From NCBI RefSeq assembly GCF_006345805.1, contig NC_043006.1, forward strand, positions 41,230,001 to 41,294,000: 64,000 bases of DNA, in the 5' to 3' direction. Each line of letters begins with the position of its first letter. The stretch's first letter is position 1. This stretch comes from Octopus sinensis (Eukaryota). A program made the position numbers and the translations under genes. Positions 27,431 through 41,426 of the stretch are shown here, piece after piece. The notes under the pieces were generated by a model. It had not been told where the DNA came from, ran no database searches, and saw only the letters and a list, made by a program, of their open reading frames with translations.

Positions 27431-28509
27431 TGTGTGTGAGAGAGAGAAGCAGAGAAAAGCATGGGAAGGTGTGAGGAAGAATTTGCAAATGTCTTCAAGC
27501 GAGTAAGATGTCAAGCGTGTGTGCAGGCTTGGTTAGATGTGTGGGCGAGTGGAAAAATCAAACATTGGAGGGGGATTACGCGTGAATATGACCATGTATT
27601 TATGGCGTAGAGGGAATATTTGAATACAGAACAGTGGTGAATGGGGTGGAGTATTATGTGTATGGGTCATTGCTCCGGCCTGATGACAGCTTTTTCTAGT
27701 TTTTGAGACTCTGAAAGAAAAAAAAAAAACAAAACAAAACACCCGAAAAACGGACAGAGCTTCTTCTGACGATCATACAAGAAACAAAAGAAAGAAAGTA
27801 AGAGAGAAACGATGGAAGGAAGGAAGGAAGAAAAGAAGGAAGAAAACATCTTGATGAACTGAGTCTGTGATCAGAATTCATTCCTGCCAATCCATCCGTT
27901 TTACTTATATCGTTAATGAAATTAGAAAAGGAGTGACGATAAAATCGAAGTCTTTTCTTTATCTGTTTTCCTCGTTTCTCTAAATATCTGAGACTTATTG
28001 TCTGTATGAAAGTCCATTATACTTTTGGAATTAAATTTAAAGCTACTGAATTTCTACTAAATCCAGCACGAACATAAACTTCCTGTGGAGGAATTTAGAA
28101 TTATCGGTAGAGGTTGGTTGTGGCGACAATGGTGATATTACTAATACTGTTACCGTAATGAAAAGGATACTAATAAGGTTGTTGCTGCAGCTGTTGATGA
28201 TGCTGAGGATGATGATGGTGGCGATGATGCTGGTGGGGATTATGTTCAGATGGGGTCGTTTATTATTAATTCAATGACAATCTACTGCAGTGTCAAGAAC
28301 CATTAAGCTAAATAGACGTAATGTTTGAAAGTTATCTAATAAGGAATTGTAGTGTGCGGTTGGAACACTACCAATGACAGTTAGTAGGTTATTTCAAAAA
28401 GCAGTCTTTACAACCAGGACTTTAATATCATTGAACGAATCACGGAATAACGGTAATAATTCACCCACGCTATATTGTTCCTGGTGGTTTAGTATACTCG
28501 GTTGTAATA

Positions 28510-29160
28510 CAGTAATCCCTCGCCATATCGCGATTTAATATTTAAGCTTACGTCGATTTCCCTGTGGTGTTGTTTTGCATTTATATCAAAATAAATATAT
28601 ACAAATTAATAGGCGCAGGCGTGGTTCGCAGGCGTGGTTCGCAGGCGTGGTTCGCAGGCGTGGTTCGCAGGCGTGGTTTGTGGGAAGTAGTTTGCTTACC
28701 AACCACATGGCTCTGGATTTAGTCCCACTGCGTGGCACTTTGGGTAAGTGCCTTTTACAATAGTTTCGGGTCGACTTAGACCTTCTGAGTAGATTTAGTA
28801 GACGGAAACTGAAAGAAGCCCGTCTTATATATATATATATATATGTATGTATGTAAGTATGTATGTATATGTTTGTGTGCCTGTGTTTGTCCCCCACCAT
28901 CACATGACAACCGATGCTGGTGTGTTTACGTCCCTGTAACTTAGCGGATCGGCAAAAGAGACTGATAGAGTAAGTACTAGGCTTACAAGGACTAAATCCT
29001 GGGGTCAACCTGTTTGCCTAAAGGCGGTACTCCAGCATGTAAAATAAAAATAAAATAAAAAAAGATTATAAAAATAAAAAAAGGTATACAATATAGTACT
29101 GTTTCTACTTCGCGGATTTTCACATATCGCGGTGTGTTTTGGATAGCCGAGGGTTTACTA
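28510..29160. mobile_element. pogo/Tigger-like MITE interrupted by a SINE
   Basis: TA|CAGTAATCCCTCG ... CGAGGGTTTACTA|TA gives imperfect 13-bp TIRs with a TA target. Confidence 0.65.
28611..29040 (+). mobile_element. SINE family A with a tandemly amplified 5' end, nested in a MITE
   Basis: (GCAGGCGTGGTTC)x4 plus one variant unit at 28615-28679, then the normal body and tail. Confidence 0.88.
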
Positions 29161-29195
29161 TATAGCTATATATATATATATATATTTTCTATTAT

Positions 29196-29830
29196 ATGAC
29201 CAAAAACTGCATGTACTCCATCCCATGCAGCTGTGGTAGGTTATACAAAGGTGAAACATGCCGCGCCCTCACAATAAGGGTAGAGGAACATCGCAAAGTT
29301 GTGACACGAGGAGATATTGATAAATCGAGTATAGCCGATCATGTATGGAAAAATGGAGACCACCTTCTTCTGTGGGATGAAGTTAAAATAATAGACATAG
29401 AACTTCACTGGAAAATACGAAAACTAAAGCACATATGCTAGGACACAACAACCTCCTACACTGACCGAGTGCATATAACATTTGGGAACCAGTATTATGG
29501 AAGGATAGAAAAATGTTAGATTTATAAGCCATAAATTTCACTCCATATTTGCCCACGGGCGTATAGAGTAGTGGTTAAGAGCGCGGGCTACTAACCTCAA
29601 GATTCCGAGTTCGATTCCAGGCAGTGACCTGAATAATAATAATAATAATAATAATCATAATAATAATCATAATCATAATAATGATAACAACATCGAAAAA
29701 TATCTTAGGTATGAGAACCCAGTTTCGTAATTTCTCTTCGGTATATCAGCCGAAACGTTGTGTTAGCAATAAGCAAGATGAGAACAAATATTCATCAAAT
29801 GTAAATATCAACAATGACTTATAAAATATA
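29196..29830 (+). mobile_element. Penelope-like element 3' portion: GIY-YIG remnant plus 3' UTR carrying a tRNA-like box, (AAT)n and a deleted hammerhead
   Basis: ORF MYSIPCSCGRLYKGETCRALTIRVEEHRK...KSSIADHVW matches the PLE GIY-YIG pattern (YxIPCxCGxxYxGET; SxIAxH). It runs directly into the cassette seen at 40577 and 45975. Confidence 0.88.
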
Positions 29831-29959
29831 ATTTTCTTTGCTCAGGAATGTGGTTGGTACTGAAACATACTCGTGATTTACTAGATTCTCATTCAAACGT
29901 GAGATTTTCTAAACTTAGAGTCTCAAATGTAAATTTCGATGTGAATAATTTACATTTCA

Positions 29960-30400
29960 AAGTTCGAATACTGCCGGGATCCTTTCGGGGTCGATAAAAT
30001 AGGTGGCGGTTGATCGCTGGTGTTGATGTAATCGATTTAATCATCCCTGCTCCAAAACTGCCTGGTTTGTGGCAAAATTTGAAATCAACATTTTACCTTT
30101 CTGATTCAAATGCCGCCGGGATCGACTTTGCCCTTCATCATTTAGGGTTCAATAAAATAAATTCCAGTTGACCCCTGGGGAAGATGTAGCCGATTTGCCC
30201 CTCCTTCGAAATTGCTGGCCTTATGCCAAAATAAGAAAATAGTTATCTACGGAATCAATGACAGTGGAATGGTGGAATGAGTAGCTTCGAACAATTTTTT
30301 TAAAGTATTTAGTTATGATTCTTTAAATTTTGTGTTCAAATACTGCTGAGATCAACTTTGCTTTCTGTGCTTTTGTGGGCGATAAAATAAAGTACGAGAG
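29960..30400 (+). mobile_element. Three diverged co-oriented SINE family B copies
   Basis: CCTTTCGGGGTCGATAAAAT, GATCGACTTTGCCCTTCATC and GATCAACTTTGCTTTC cores. Confidence 0.75.
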
Positions 30401-31251
30401 GTTATGTATGGAGGAGAATCCGTGTTTAAATTTTGAAACAGTTCCCTATGCAACAAGCAATTATTTTGCTGCCCTTCGACTCACTATCTAACCCCGCCCA
30501 CCACGTCTGACTTCTTTCTCTCCATTAGCTTTTTTTTTCTTCTAAAACTTTACCGTTGTTTTGTTATCGAAACAACTTTCAATTGGTAACTTCCTGATTT
30601 CCCAATTCTTGCGTTCTTCTTCGTTTTTTTTTTCCCCTTCATTCTTTATTTGCTGTTTCTTTCCATCTTTTCCTGCAAACTATTTTACTTTCTCTCATCT
30701 TGTATTTTCTCTCATATTCCTCATTAAATTTCAAAACACATACGTACTCCGAGATGTTTTGTAATCACATACATACATATGGGTATTCTACGTTGACCAA
30801 TATTGTCGGAAAAGCCAAAAGGCAAAACACATGAGTTGCATCAAGCACCAGATTAGATTTAATTTTTATATTATGTACCAAGTAAATCCTCCTTGGTATG
30901 AAACACTACGTCCACACTGATTTATATATATATAAATAATATATAAATATATGCATATATACATAAATATATGTACATAACTCCATATATATGTATATAT
31001 ACATGCATATATGGGTACAGGACATCAAAAATTAAAAACGTTGAGCACAATGAGAAACGAAACTATAAAAACAATGACATAGAAAACGAACTTTAATTTC
31101 GAACAACGAAAAAGATAGAGAAACGAGACATACAACATAAAGAATATTCCCCTTCATCAGTTGTCCCTGTTTCATCTACTCCACGTATCGAAGGAAAGGA
31201 TTATATATAAGGATTGTATATATATACAATATATATATATATATATATACA

Positions 31252-31303
<52 letters not shown>

Positions 31304-31416
31304 CTCGAACTATGCGGAAAACAAGAAACCAGTCGCCTGTATATATGTACATCAGCATCTATCTCTTTCTCTATCTACCTATCTATTAATACATACATAC
31401 ATGTATATATATATAT

Positions 31417-31490
<74 letters not shown>

Positions 31491-32511
31491 ATATATAATA
31501 TATAATAAACACACTCGCATACATATATGCATGCACATAAGTGCATTTGTGTTCTCTATATGTGTCACTCAAACATTTGTAGTCTTCTAATGTTGTAACT
31601 TAACGGTTTGTCGAACAGGCAATAGTAAAAGAAGAAAGAAATAGCTGATTTGAAAATGCATATTTGTGCAATACGATATACAATGCACTGAAACTGTCCA
31701 CTACAGTGAGCAGCTGCCGCCTACCCAATAACTGAAAGAAAGAAAATAATGAAAGACATACACGTGTATACTTATGTTTCCGGGGAGGTGTATCTATGTG
31801 TATGTGTATGTATGCGCAGACGAAAAATTCAATGGCAAAAGAATAAGATGGAACCAGGATCAAATAGATCTTTTGTGATGTGCAATTGTAAAGAACGCTG
31901 GAGACAGAAGACTAAACATTTTCTCTTTGTATTTGCTGTCAATTTATTCAACCTGATGACAAAGAAAGTTCGATGTAGCTTCAAGATTTTTCAACAAACG
32001 AAGAGACTAACCTAGCGGCATTGTTTCACTTTACAACATGCAAGAAAGATAACAACCATTCAGATAGAGATCTCAGTAGCTACTTAGATTAACATTCAAC
32101 TTGACTCGGTTTCACAAGTCGTTTCTGTAAATTGCCTTCAGCGGATATAATTCTTCATTTAACAACATCTACATATACTTCTTTAAAAAGATCGATTCCT
32201 ATTTGTGACACTTTTGCAATTCAATCATATCTTAAATTGAATTAGACATCTAAAATAGATAGGAAGCTACAACAATAAATAACTTAATTCTAAATTTTGG
32301 TTAGCAAGGTTGCCATTTTAAACAATACCAACGCATGTGTATAGGCATGTATTTATGCATACAGTATGTGTAGGTTTCTATATAGAAGTGTGTATGTATA
32401 TATGTATTTACTCTGGCCTATAGGTATGTTTCTAAAAGTTATTCCTATACAGATAAATTTGTGGGACTGTACAAATACGCGTGCGCTCACACACGCACAC
32501 ACATACACACA

Positions 32512-32565
<54 letters not shown>

Positions 32566-32664
32566 CATACACACAAACGCAGCCATATTAGTCATATGTG
32601 AATAAGATTTGGTGTAACTACATTCAAGGTAGTCGTATGTATGTATATATGTGCATATATATAA

Positions 32665-32700
<36 letters not shown>

Positions 32701-33557
32701 TTATATGTTTACATATATGTATGTATCTATTTATCTATCATAGATATCTGTCCGTCTCATTCTCTCTTACCCCCTCTCATAGAGTTGAACAGATATTATA
32801 TATATATATGCGTTTATACATCTGTGTACTTTTAAATCTATGAATAATTAAATTTATAAGTTATAAATGTATGTATTATTATATTCATGTATGTAACTCA
32901 AAAGTTATCGTATGTTTTTATATATGAACTACGGAAGTTCTAAAATATCACACACACACACACACACTCGCACACGCACACACAAGCACGCACACATACA
33001 CACATGCACATGTGTCTAGGTGTGTATGATTCCTATTTGTATATGTATAAAACTAGATAAAGAAATATTAACAAAAATGTACTCTCATACTTTATAGAAT
33101 TCCCCTCAGAAGAGCACAATTGATTATCAAAGAATACTAATAAGACAATAAAAGCCACCATTTAACATTTGAACGTATGCAGGTCAGAAATGGAAATCCG
33201 ATAAGATAGTACTCTAACCCTTTAACTGTCTAATTCTCATACTAAAGTGTGTTTAAACACCAGCCGCCCATAATGAGAAGGTAAGCACCGTTCTACATCC
33301 TGAAGATTTGGCTGAGATAGGTCCAGATACATAGTAAAGGTGAATATGGAAAATATATTGTTCCGAGCAATATCACATACTCTTATATCTTAAATTTAAA
33401 AAAAAAAAACGTTAAATTAGAATATAGTTCGGTTTTCCATATAACACACGCACACACACACACACGCGCGCGCGCGCGCGCAGGCACACGCACACATACA
33501 CACACATCATTAGCAGTTTAACTCAGCCTCAAGACTTAAAGCTTCCTAGAAGGGTAG

Positions 33558-33692
33558 AATAAGCCTAGTACTTATTCTATCGGTCGCTTAAGCCGAACCG
33601 CTAAGTTACGGGGACGTAAACACACCAGCATCGGTTGTCAAACGATGGTGTAGGGACAAACAAAGTGCACAAACACACAAACACACATGCAC

Positions 33693-33746
<54 letters not shown>

Positions 33747-33914
33747 GTACACGACGGGTTTCTTTCAGTTTCCATCTAGCAAATCCACTCACAAGGCTTT
33801 CGTCGGCCCGAGACTATAGTAGAAGACACTTGCCCAAGTTGCCATGCAGTGGGACTGAACATGGAACTATGTAGTTGGTAAATAAGATACTTACCACATA
33901 GCCACTCATGCGCC
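33558..33914 (-). mobile_element. SINE family A, 3'-truncated
   Basis: Reverse-complement head and body with internal (CA)n. Confidence 0.85.
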
Positions 33915-35290
33915 TATATATATACACATCACACACACGCACACACATACATACATACACGCTATTATGAGCAAAAATATTAGTGAAGGATTGCCCATAC
34001 ATATATTTTGTAGTTGTTAAAAGTGCATTTATAAAATAATATTCATTGAAGCTGAGTAGTGCTCATCGAATCATAAAGCATAACGGCTGAGCATTTAGCA
34101 GTCACCCGTGTCCATAAAGCAATCCTCGGGTACAATCAGGGATGGCCTTTCGCAGTGTACCCAATTTCATTTGCGTTTTGGGTCGCTACGAAACTATGGG
34201 TATAGACACCTTCCTAGATGCCTTGAGCTCGGATTGAAATGAAAAATGAGACAACATGATTGCAAAGCAAACTTCTTCACTATTATATCATAGCTATGTA
34301 TGTATGTATGTATGTATGTATGTATGTATGTATGTATGTATGTATGTATGTATGTATGTATGTATGTTTGTATGTATATATGTATGTATGTATATATGTA
34401 CGTAGGTAGGTATATATGTTTGAATGTCTGTGCGTATGTGTTTATGTATGTATATATGTCCGTATGAGTGTATGTATTTATGTAAGTGAGTATGCATGTA
34501 TATATGTGTGTATCTATGAATGATTGATTGAATGAATGTATTAGTTTGGATATGTGTATGCCTGCACTGTTACATCATTTGCAAATATTTAAAGCAGACG
34601 TGTCGATTAATGAGTAAAATTAGTTTAGTCTTGCCATTAACTCATTAGATCGCTTTATCAACAAGAATTAAGAACCAAAATGCGAAATTATTAAATTACA
34701 TCTGATTCATAATTTCTTCCCTACGGAACATGTTACTGGAAATTTAGTTGTTTTATAAATAGAACATACACACATACACACATATACATACGTACGCACA
34801 AATACACGGGTATATATCCACTATGTATCTCTTCATGTATGTTTATGTTCATACGCACTCACCAGAAAAAAAAAGGACTCGATGCATAAATTAGAGAATG
34901 TATATATGTTGTAGTCTTGAAATCTCAGTAAAATAATCTCGCCACTGATTATCCAAGTGATGGAATTAGAGAAGCTTACGTGAAAATATATAAGCAAAAT
35001 TACACACTAGTTCAAGGAAATATGGCCAGTTGTCAACATTTGATTAAATGCCAGAAACTTTTAGAAAATATATTACACAAATCATTCATTCCATTGGTAA
35101 TCACCGAAATCATGATGTATTCATCTATTACCCTTCAGAAGATACACATGATATATTCATGTCTCCAGTATCATATATTCAATTGAACTGAAAGCAGATT
35201 GAGTGACTATTCTTAGTTGAGATTGAACATTAACCGTATCACCCTCTCAATCTTAGCCAGTATTTCATATTGTACTTAACTAAAATTTAG

Positions 35291-35400
35291 AAACACTCCG
35301 ACTTGCTCTAGTTCAAAAGCACTTACAAAAATTGCTTGAGAAAACAGAGGTAGTTGATAAATCTTTTGGCGACTTCCTACAGATTTACAACCAAGATAAG
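35291..35400 (+). CDS. Candidate internal exon of an unidentified gene (ETLRLALVQKHLQKLLEKTEVVDKSFGDFLQIYNQDK)
   Basis: TTTAG acceptor, AAG|GTAATT donor, 110-nt open frame ending in phase 0; no recognised homology. Confidence 0.4.
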
Positions 35401-35894
35401 GTAATTTTCATTTTATTCAGAAAACATTCTGTAAATACTGCAATGCAGTTTTTTCCCCCAATTGTCAATGTAGATATGCAGTCAGTTACACCCAACTGGG
35501 CCACATTCCATTGACTTAAAACAATAACGGAATATCATTCTCGAAAAATAGAATTAGTGCTGATCGGGCTGATTGAGGACTCAACATTATCTGGTACTTT
35601 AAGTTCACATACATAAACATAGCCAGATTACTTACCGTACTTTACTGAAGATGGGACTTACTCTCCACCAGGCCAGCATATTTCATTTTTTTTAGTTGGG
35701 ATTTTTAATTCTTCTAACTTGCCTTTCTTCTTCATAATTAATCCTTAAAGCAAATGGATGAATTTTTGTTGTTGGAGGTCTCCTCTTATGGATGTACCAC
35801 GTTTGTTTCCTGTTTAAAATTGCTGTTTGCACTCACGAGTGTTTATTGAATTGATAGTTTCTTCCCATTTATGGGAGAACCAACGAGAAGTACG

Positions 35895-37497
35895 ATGCAA
35901 GCTGAACCAGCCAAGAGCCATAGTTATGCGGCTGCGACTCTAAAAGTGTTGAAGTCCAGGATTTGGAAGTGCGAGAAGTGAAAATCGAGCCGGAAATGCT
36001 AAAGGAATGCGGCAACCTTTTAGAAGAAGAATGTCACAATCTAAAGTTGACACCTTCACTCCATTTAACATATAATGTAAAGAGAAAAAACATAATTTAT
36101 AAAACTCTGAAAAGTTCATCGAAGAAAATTGAAGTAGCACCAATTGAAGAAATTGAGAAGAGTTTACAAGTAATTAAAAACAAGGCGACATCAAGAGGAA
36201 GAAAATATGGCACAGTGGAGATGCGTTTCGATAGCGAAGTCGAAGCGATATTGCACTCCACTGATGCCATAAAATCGGAAGAGTGGGTTCTCCTACCAAC
36301 TTACTGCAGCAGAAGAGTTGTCCGAGTGAGGGTGGGGAAAATACCACCAGAATTAGAGGGGACATGGCTGGTTGCAGCGATATTACACAATATGGAAGAA
36401 GATGCCAGGATACTAAGAGTGAAAAGAATGAGAAAGGTGGACTGGTGGGTATACGGGATTGAGATGTCACTTCAGACTATTGATAGTGATAAAATCAAGA
36501 TTCCAGATGAAATAATTCTTCCAGAAGATATAAGATTGAGAGTAGTGGTGGAGGGTAGGCCTCCCAGAGGTTATTTGCGTGGCGAGAAAGGCTACATGAA
36601 GGCGAGGTGCCGCCGGAGAGAAGAAAAAGAACAAGAAATGGAACAGTCGGAGGAGTAGGAGAAAGCGAATGATGAGATACAGGAGGAGGAGTAGAAAGAG
36701 GTAGAGGAGGCATTCGAATTGGTTAAAAAAGAAAAAGAAAATAGGGCTCTCCCCGGAGAGAGACAGAAAAAGAAAAGAGAAACGAAGAAGATAGAGGAAG
36801 CAGTCGTAAAAGAGGTTGAGAAGGAGATTGAGAGAGAGGTAGAAAAGGAGTTTGAGGAAGAAGTTATGGAGGAGGAGAAGATGGAAGAAGACAGACTGGA
36901 GAGTTGATTGACCAATGAGGTGGAGCAACAGCAGCAGGAAGAGGTAGCAACAGCGACTGAAATAGGTAGAGTGACTCTCAGAGCAGAATACAGTGCGCAA
37001 CTGGTATTTTGTAAAATACGGCAAAAATGTTTGCACGGAAAATATGGTTACCAAGATGAAATCGGTCATAAGGGTAAAGTTACCAAAGGACAGTTATGCT
37101 AAGGATGTAAAGGCGATTCTAATAGACAAGGTAGAAAGAAAAATGCAGATTCGAACCACCAACTTTCCATGTAGAGTTCGACGAACTACCATCAGTGGTC
37201 GAACTAAATGAATTAAGGCCGTATATAAAACGGATTTTAAAAAAGAGTAATTTGTGTTTAAAAAACAAAATAGTAAAACAAAAGATGCAAAGAGACTAAC
37301 GACATGGATTATAAAACGAACAGTAAGAAAGTTTAGATGGTACTGCATGTGAGTGGGGTGCATGCAGCCATTTCATCTCCATCAATTACATTGTACGTAT
37401 TACCATTTTTCATTCGTTTTATGTTTTTGCCCCCACAGTGCTGTCCTGCATTGTCCCCTGTGTTAGGCCCTTGTGGCTGTAATAAAAATCATTAAAG
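35895..37497 (+). mobile_element. ORF1-only LINE-like element (HAL1-like architecture), copy 1, decayed
   Basis: N-terminal SYAAA motif, RRM-like region, decayed knuckle PPRGYLRGEKGYMKARC, E/K-rich linker and C-terminal VTKMKSVIRVKLP. Stop at ~37250, ~240-nt UTR, AATAAA at 37481. No endonuclease or RT follows. Confidence 0.75.
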
Positions 37498-38693
37498 CAA
37501 ATGAACTTATCCCGCCCCATCACGAAGTGAAGCATTTTAATTAACTATTCTTTAGGTCTATGATGAATAAGTGTTCCATTATCTATGTTTCCTACGGATA
37601 AGAAGTCTCGGATAATTTTCTATGTTAAGTCTTTCAATATTTCTCAACTTCCATTATCCGCTCGAAATCTTTATACACCTTGTGAGACTTTACATGTATG
37701 AGGAGGTATCAAAAAGCCGAAACGAGTCCAACGATGTACCATACTTGCCAAAAATCATACTGTCTGGGAAATGCGTGCCTTCTATCGTTAAATATTTCTA
37801 TTATTTGTAAATAAGATTGGTCTTCCTTGTCTTTTTGACTGGAAATGAAGAATAAGTTAGCAATTTATTTTTCTTGTCATCATTACGAATGTATTAAACA
37901 TTTTAACCTACTACATTGTATCAAAACGGAAACTTAATTATTTAAAGATTTTATAGAAACAATTCCTGGCAGAAAAGCGTGTTCTACTGTGATATTTCTC
38001 TGTTATCTTTATTTTTATTATAGTGAAGGAAATCTCAAATGGAAACGACTTCATGCTAACATACATTGTTACACATTGACTCAAGCCCTGACAATTTTTG
38101 GAAGGTAACAGTTAATTGAATCAACGCAGTACCTGACTGGTACTTATTTTATTTCATTCTGTAGGATTATATATAAGGCAAATCGCAGTGAGAGTAAATT
38201 CATAGCTGATAGTAATGATACTGAATATAGTAAAGTATTAAAGCTGTCATTGTGAATTTTACGATTCACAGTTCACGACTCGTATGATACATAATTAAAA
38301 TAGAAAATTTTAAAATATATACTTTATTTTGAAAATCTAGTGTGGCCAGCTGATAATATTACCCCATACTGCATTTGAAAGAGGGCTTATTGAAATATGC
38401 TGTTCATTTTAAAGATACGATTCAAAGAATATTTTATTTCTTTAGCGTTTATAGCAAATTTTACCTGCAGTTTAATGATAAAATAACATTTCGACCAAAA
38501 CCGTTTGTTTCAATTTTTACGACAGCATATCGCGTGTTTTCTACTTTATTATACTCCTCACCTTCGTTCTGCATCTCCTTCCCTCAAAAGTTTTTTATCT
38601 TCATCCCCTACGTCCACGTTGTCGTGTACGCGTTGTGATGGCGCATTCATTAATCTACACCACTCCCCTTCCTTCTCTCTGTTTCTTGCTTTC

Positions 38694-38755
<62 letters not shown>

Positions 38756-38979
38756 AAATTTTAGAAATTTATTAACTTTTTCTTTCCCCGAAACAAAATT
38801 AGCCTGTGCATAATGCACATAAAATATATATCTATGTACAGTCATATGCTCGCGCATAAAATGTCTTTATCTTACTTTTCTATCACAACTCTCAACAAAC
38901 AGCCGTACTTACACATATTTAAAAAGACATACACACACACACACATACATATATACATACACATACATATATGTACATG

Positions 38980-39033
<54 letters not shown>

Positions 39034-39164
39034 GCATATATATATATGTATATATCTATATAAATACGTATATATATATATATATTTATATATAAATACG
39101 TATATATATATATATTTATATATAAATACGTATATATATATATATATTTATTTATTTATATATA

Positions 39165-39230
<66 letters not shown>

Positions 39231-39499
39231 TATAAATATATATATATATAGATATATATATAAATATATATATGCATACATACAAAAATTTATATATGTA
39301 TGTACATATGAGAGAGAGAGAGAGTGGATATGATGCGTTTATTGACATGAATTTATGGACACTTTACACGTTCTCTCACTCTACAGATAAACTTATTTGT
39401 CAAATGCATTTTATCAAACAAAAATTATAGTCCGTCCAAAAACACATTCGCATATCTCAGCATATTTTGCCTAATTTATCTACATCTCATTTGGTTTGT

Positions 39500-39555
<56 letters not shown>

Positions 39556-40324
39556 TTATTTATTTATTATATATATTTATTTATTTATATTTATTTATTT
39601 ATATATATTATATCTACTACACATGTTGGAAATTCTGTCTGTGGATGTGTTTGTGGAGTTGTTACCTAACACATCCCACATCGTTTTATCGATTTTGATG
39701 AAACGAGACACGTGAGTAGAATTCCTGTCTGGAAACCTCATGCCATATACAGATTGTTGAAAAATTGATAATAGGGTCCCTGGAAGGGATCCTTATATAT
39801 CTAATATATTTTCTTTGACAGCCAATGGAAATAACTCATTCGCCCGTGGAAGGGATCCTTATATATAGCCAAGTGAAATAACTCATTATTTGGTGTAAAT
39901 AACTAAATTATTTGGTCTAAATCAAATTGAGTATGCTTATTTCTTAGTATTTGAACTGTTAGAGTTATTTTCGCAATTTATCCATTACAGCCCTTAAACA
40001 AGTAAACAGTATTTTCCTAAACACTAGATCTACTTATTTCGGTTAGTGATATATTCACGAAAATACCAATACTAGCGCCGCTGAGGGCTATGTTTCTCTG
40101 GAAACACACAAAAGCCCTTTTAAGAGTTATTTACTTTGAATTGTTATTATCTCATATCTGATTCGATTTTAGTACACATACCTTATTAATATTTCCTCCC
40201 AAGCTCTATATACTCTAGGAATACATTAAAGCCCTTTTCGAGGCTACTTTATTTGAATTCTGACTATCGGGTAGCAAATTTCATATTATTACATAACTGA
40301 CTTCACAATTTGGATGTTCATAAC

Positions 40325-40474
40325 TTACATTATTTGCATTATTTATATTTGACGGATATTTGTCCTCAAATTGTTTATTGTTAACACAACATTTTGGCTG
40401 ATATAACCTCCAGCTTCATCAGGCGTCTTGGGGAAATTTCGAACCCGGGTTCTTATTTCCAAGGTATTTTTCGA

Positions 40475-40528
<54 letters not shown>

Positions 40529-40629
40529 TGTCACTGCCTGGAATCGAACTCGGAAACCACTACGCCATATGCCCGTGGTCATATGGCATAGTGGTTAAGA
40601 TTCCGAGTTCGATTCTAGGCAGTGACCTT

Positions 40630-40667
<38 letters not shown>

Positions 40668-40830
40668 CATCGAAAAATACCTTAGGAATGAGAACCCAGG
40701 TTCGAAATACCCCCAAGACACCTGATGAAGGTTGGATGGTATATCAGCCGAAACGTTGTGTTAACAACAAACAAGATTGGGACAAATATCCGTCAAATAC
40801 AATTAATGTAAATAATGTACATAATTCCGC
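40325..40830. mobile_element. Head-to-head inverted pair of the tRNA/(AAT)n/hammerhead cassette
   Basis: Centre is GCCATATG-cccgtggt-CATATGGC (40564-40587). The left arm is the reverse complement of the right. The left hammerhead has GAAAC changed to AAAAT. Confidence 0.9.
40717..40762 (+). ncRNA. Minimal hammerhead ribozyme, family 1, intact core
   Basis: GACAC-CTGATGA-A-GGTTG...CAGCC-GAAA-CG-TT-GTGTT; one U-G wobble in stem II. Confidence 0.8.
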
Positions 40831-41394
40831 ATCTCTTAAATATAGAACTGTATCATTCATAACTTATTGGGAATTCCTAAAAACATGATCCTGTGTAAGC
40901 ACTACCAAATATTGTAACTGAAGATATTTGCGTATGCTCTGTTCGTGTGAATACTAATTATCAAACAGTGAGTGATACGAAAGATAAACATGATAATACA
41001 AGATCATACTGGTGCTTATGAGAATGGTGCTTATGACAACGGTTGGTACGTGCGAGAATATATCAAACTGATATGTTATTGCTTTGCATAATTTGCTCCA
41101 AATTCCTGTAAAGAAATCCGTATCACGTATGCAGGCCACTCCTTTGAGATTCTTCCATTTGATTCTTATGCTGTGTTACTTAAAAAGCTAACTCCTATGA
41201 GAATGATTTCTTTGCATATTAACATCACGCCCACGCGAGATTTGTGCTGAGCAATCGGTTTATTATCGTCTGTGTGCGAGCTTGTTTGAAGCTTTGATTC
41301 TCTTATCAAAATAGATGTAGACACCATCTCTCACATCCTGCTGATCGTGTTTTCGACAGTTTCTTCCGTGAAACTGAAAACGAAGTTTGTCCGT

Positions 41395-41426
<32 letters not shown>

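Noticed and set aside
28615-28679. 13-bp tandem repeat or the 16-17 kb repeats as a CRISPR array
   Set aside because: No unique spacers and no cas genes; eukaryotic context.
29557-29625. tRNA-like segments (here and in SINE heads) as functional tRNA genes
   Set aside because: The acceptor stem does not close and each continues into repeat body sequence.
31010-31205. Minus-strand GGGACAA-CTGATGA-AGGGG as a fourth hammerhead
   Set aside because: No GAAA/UH half can be placed with a valid stem II; at best a half-site in a PLE-like repeat.
35300-35560. Minus-strand frame VLSQWNVAQLG...IAVFTECFLNK as a LINE endonuclease
   Set aside because: Later APE motifs are absent and the frame is interrupted by stops; resemblance judged coincidental.
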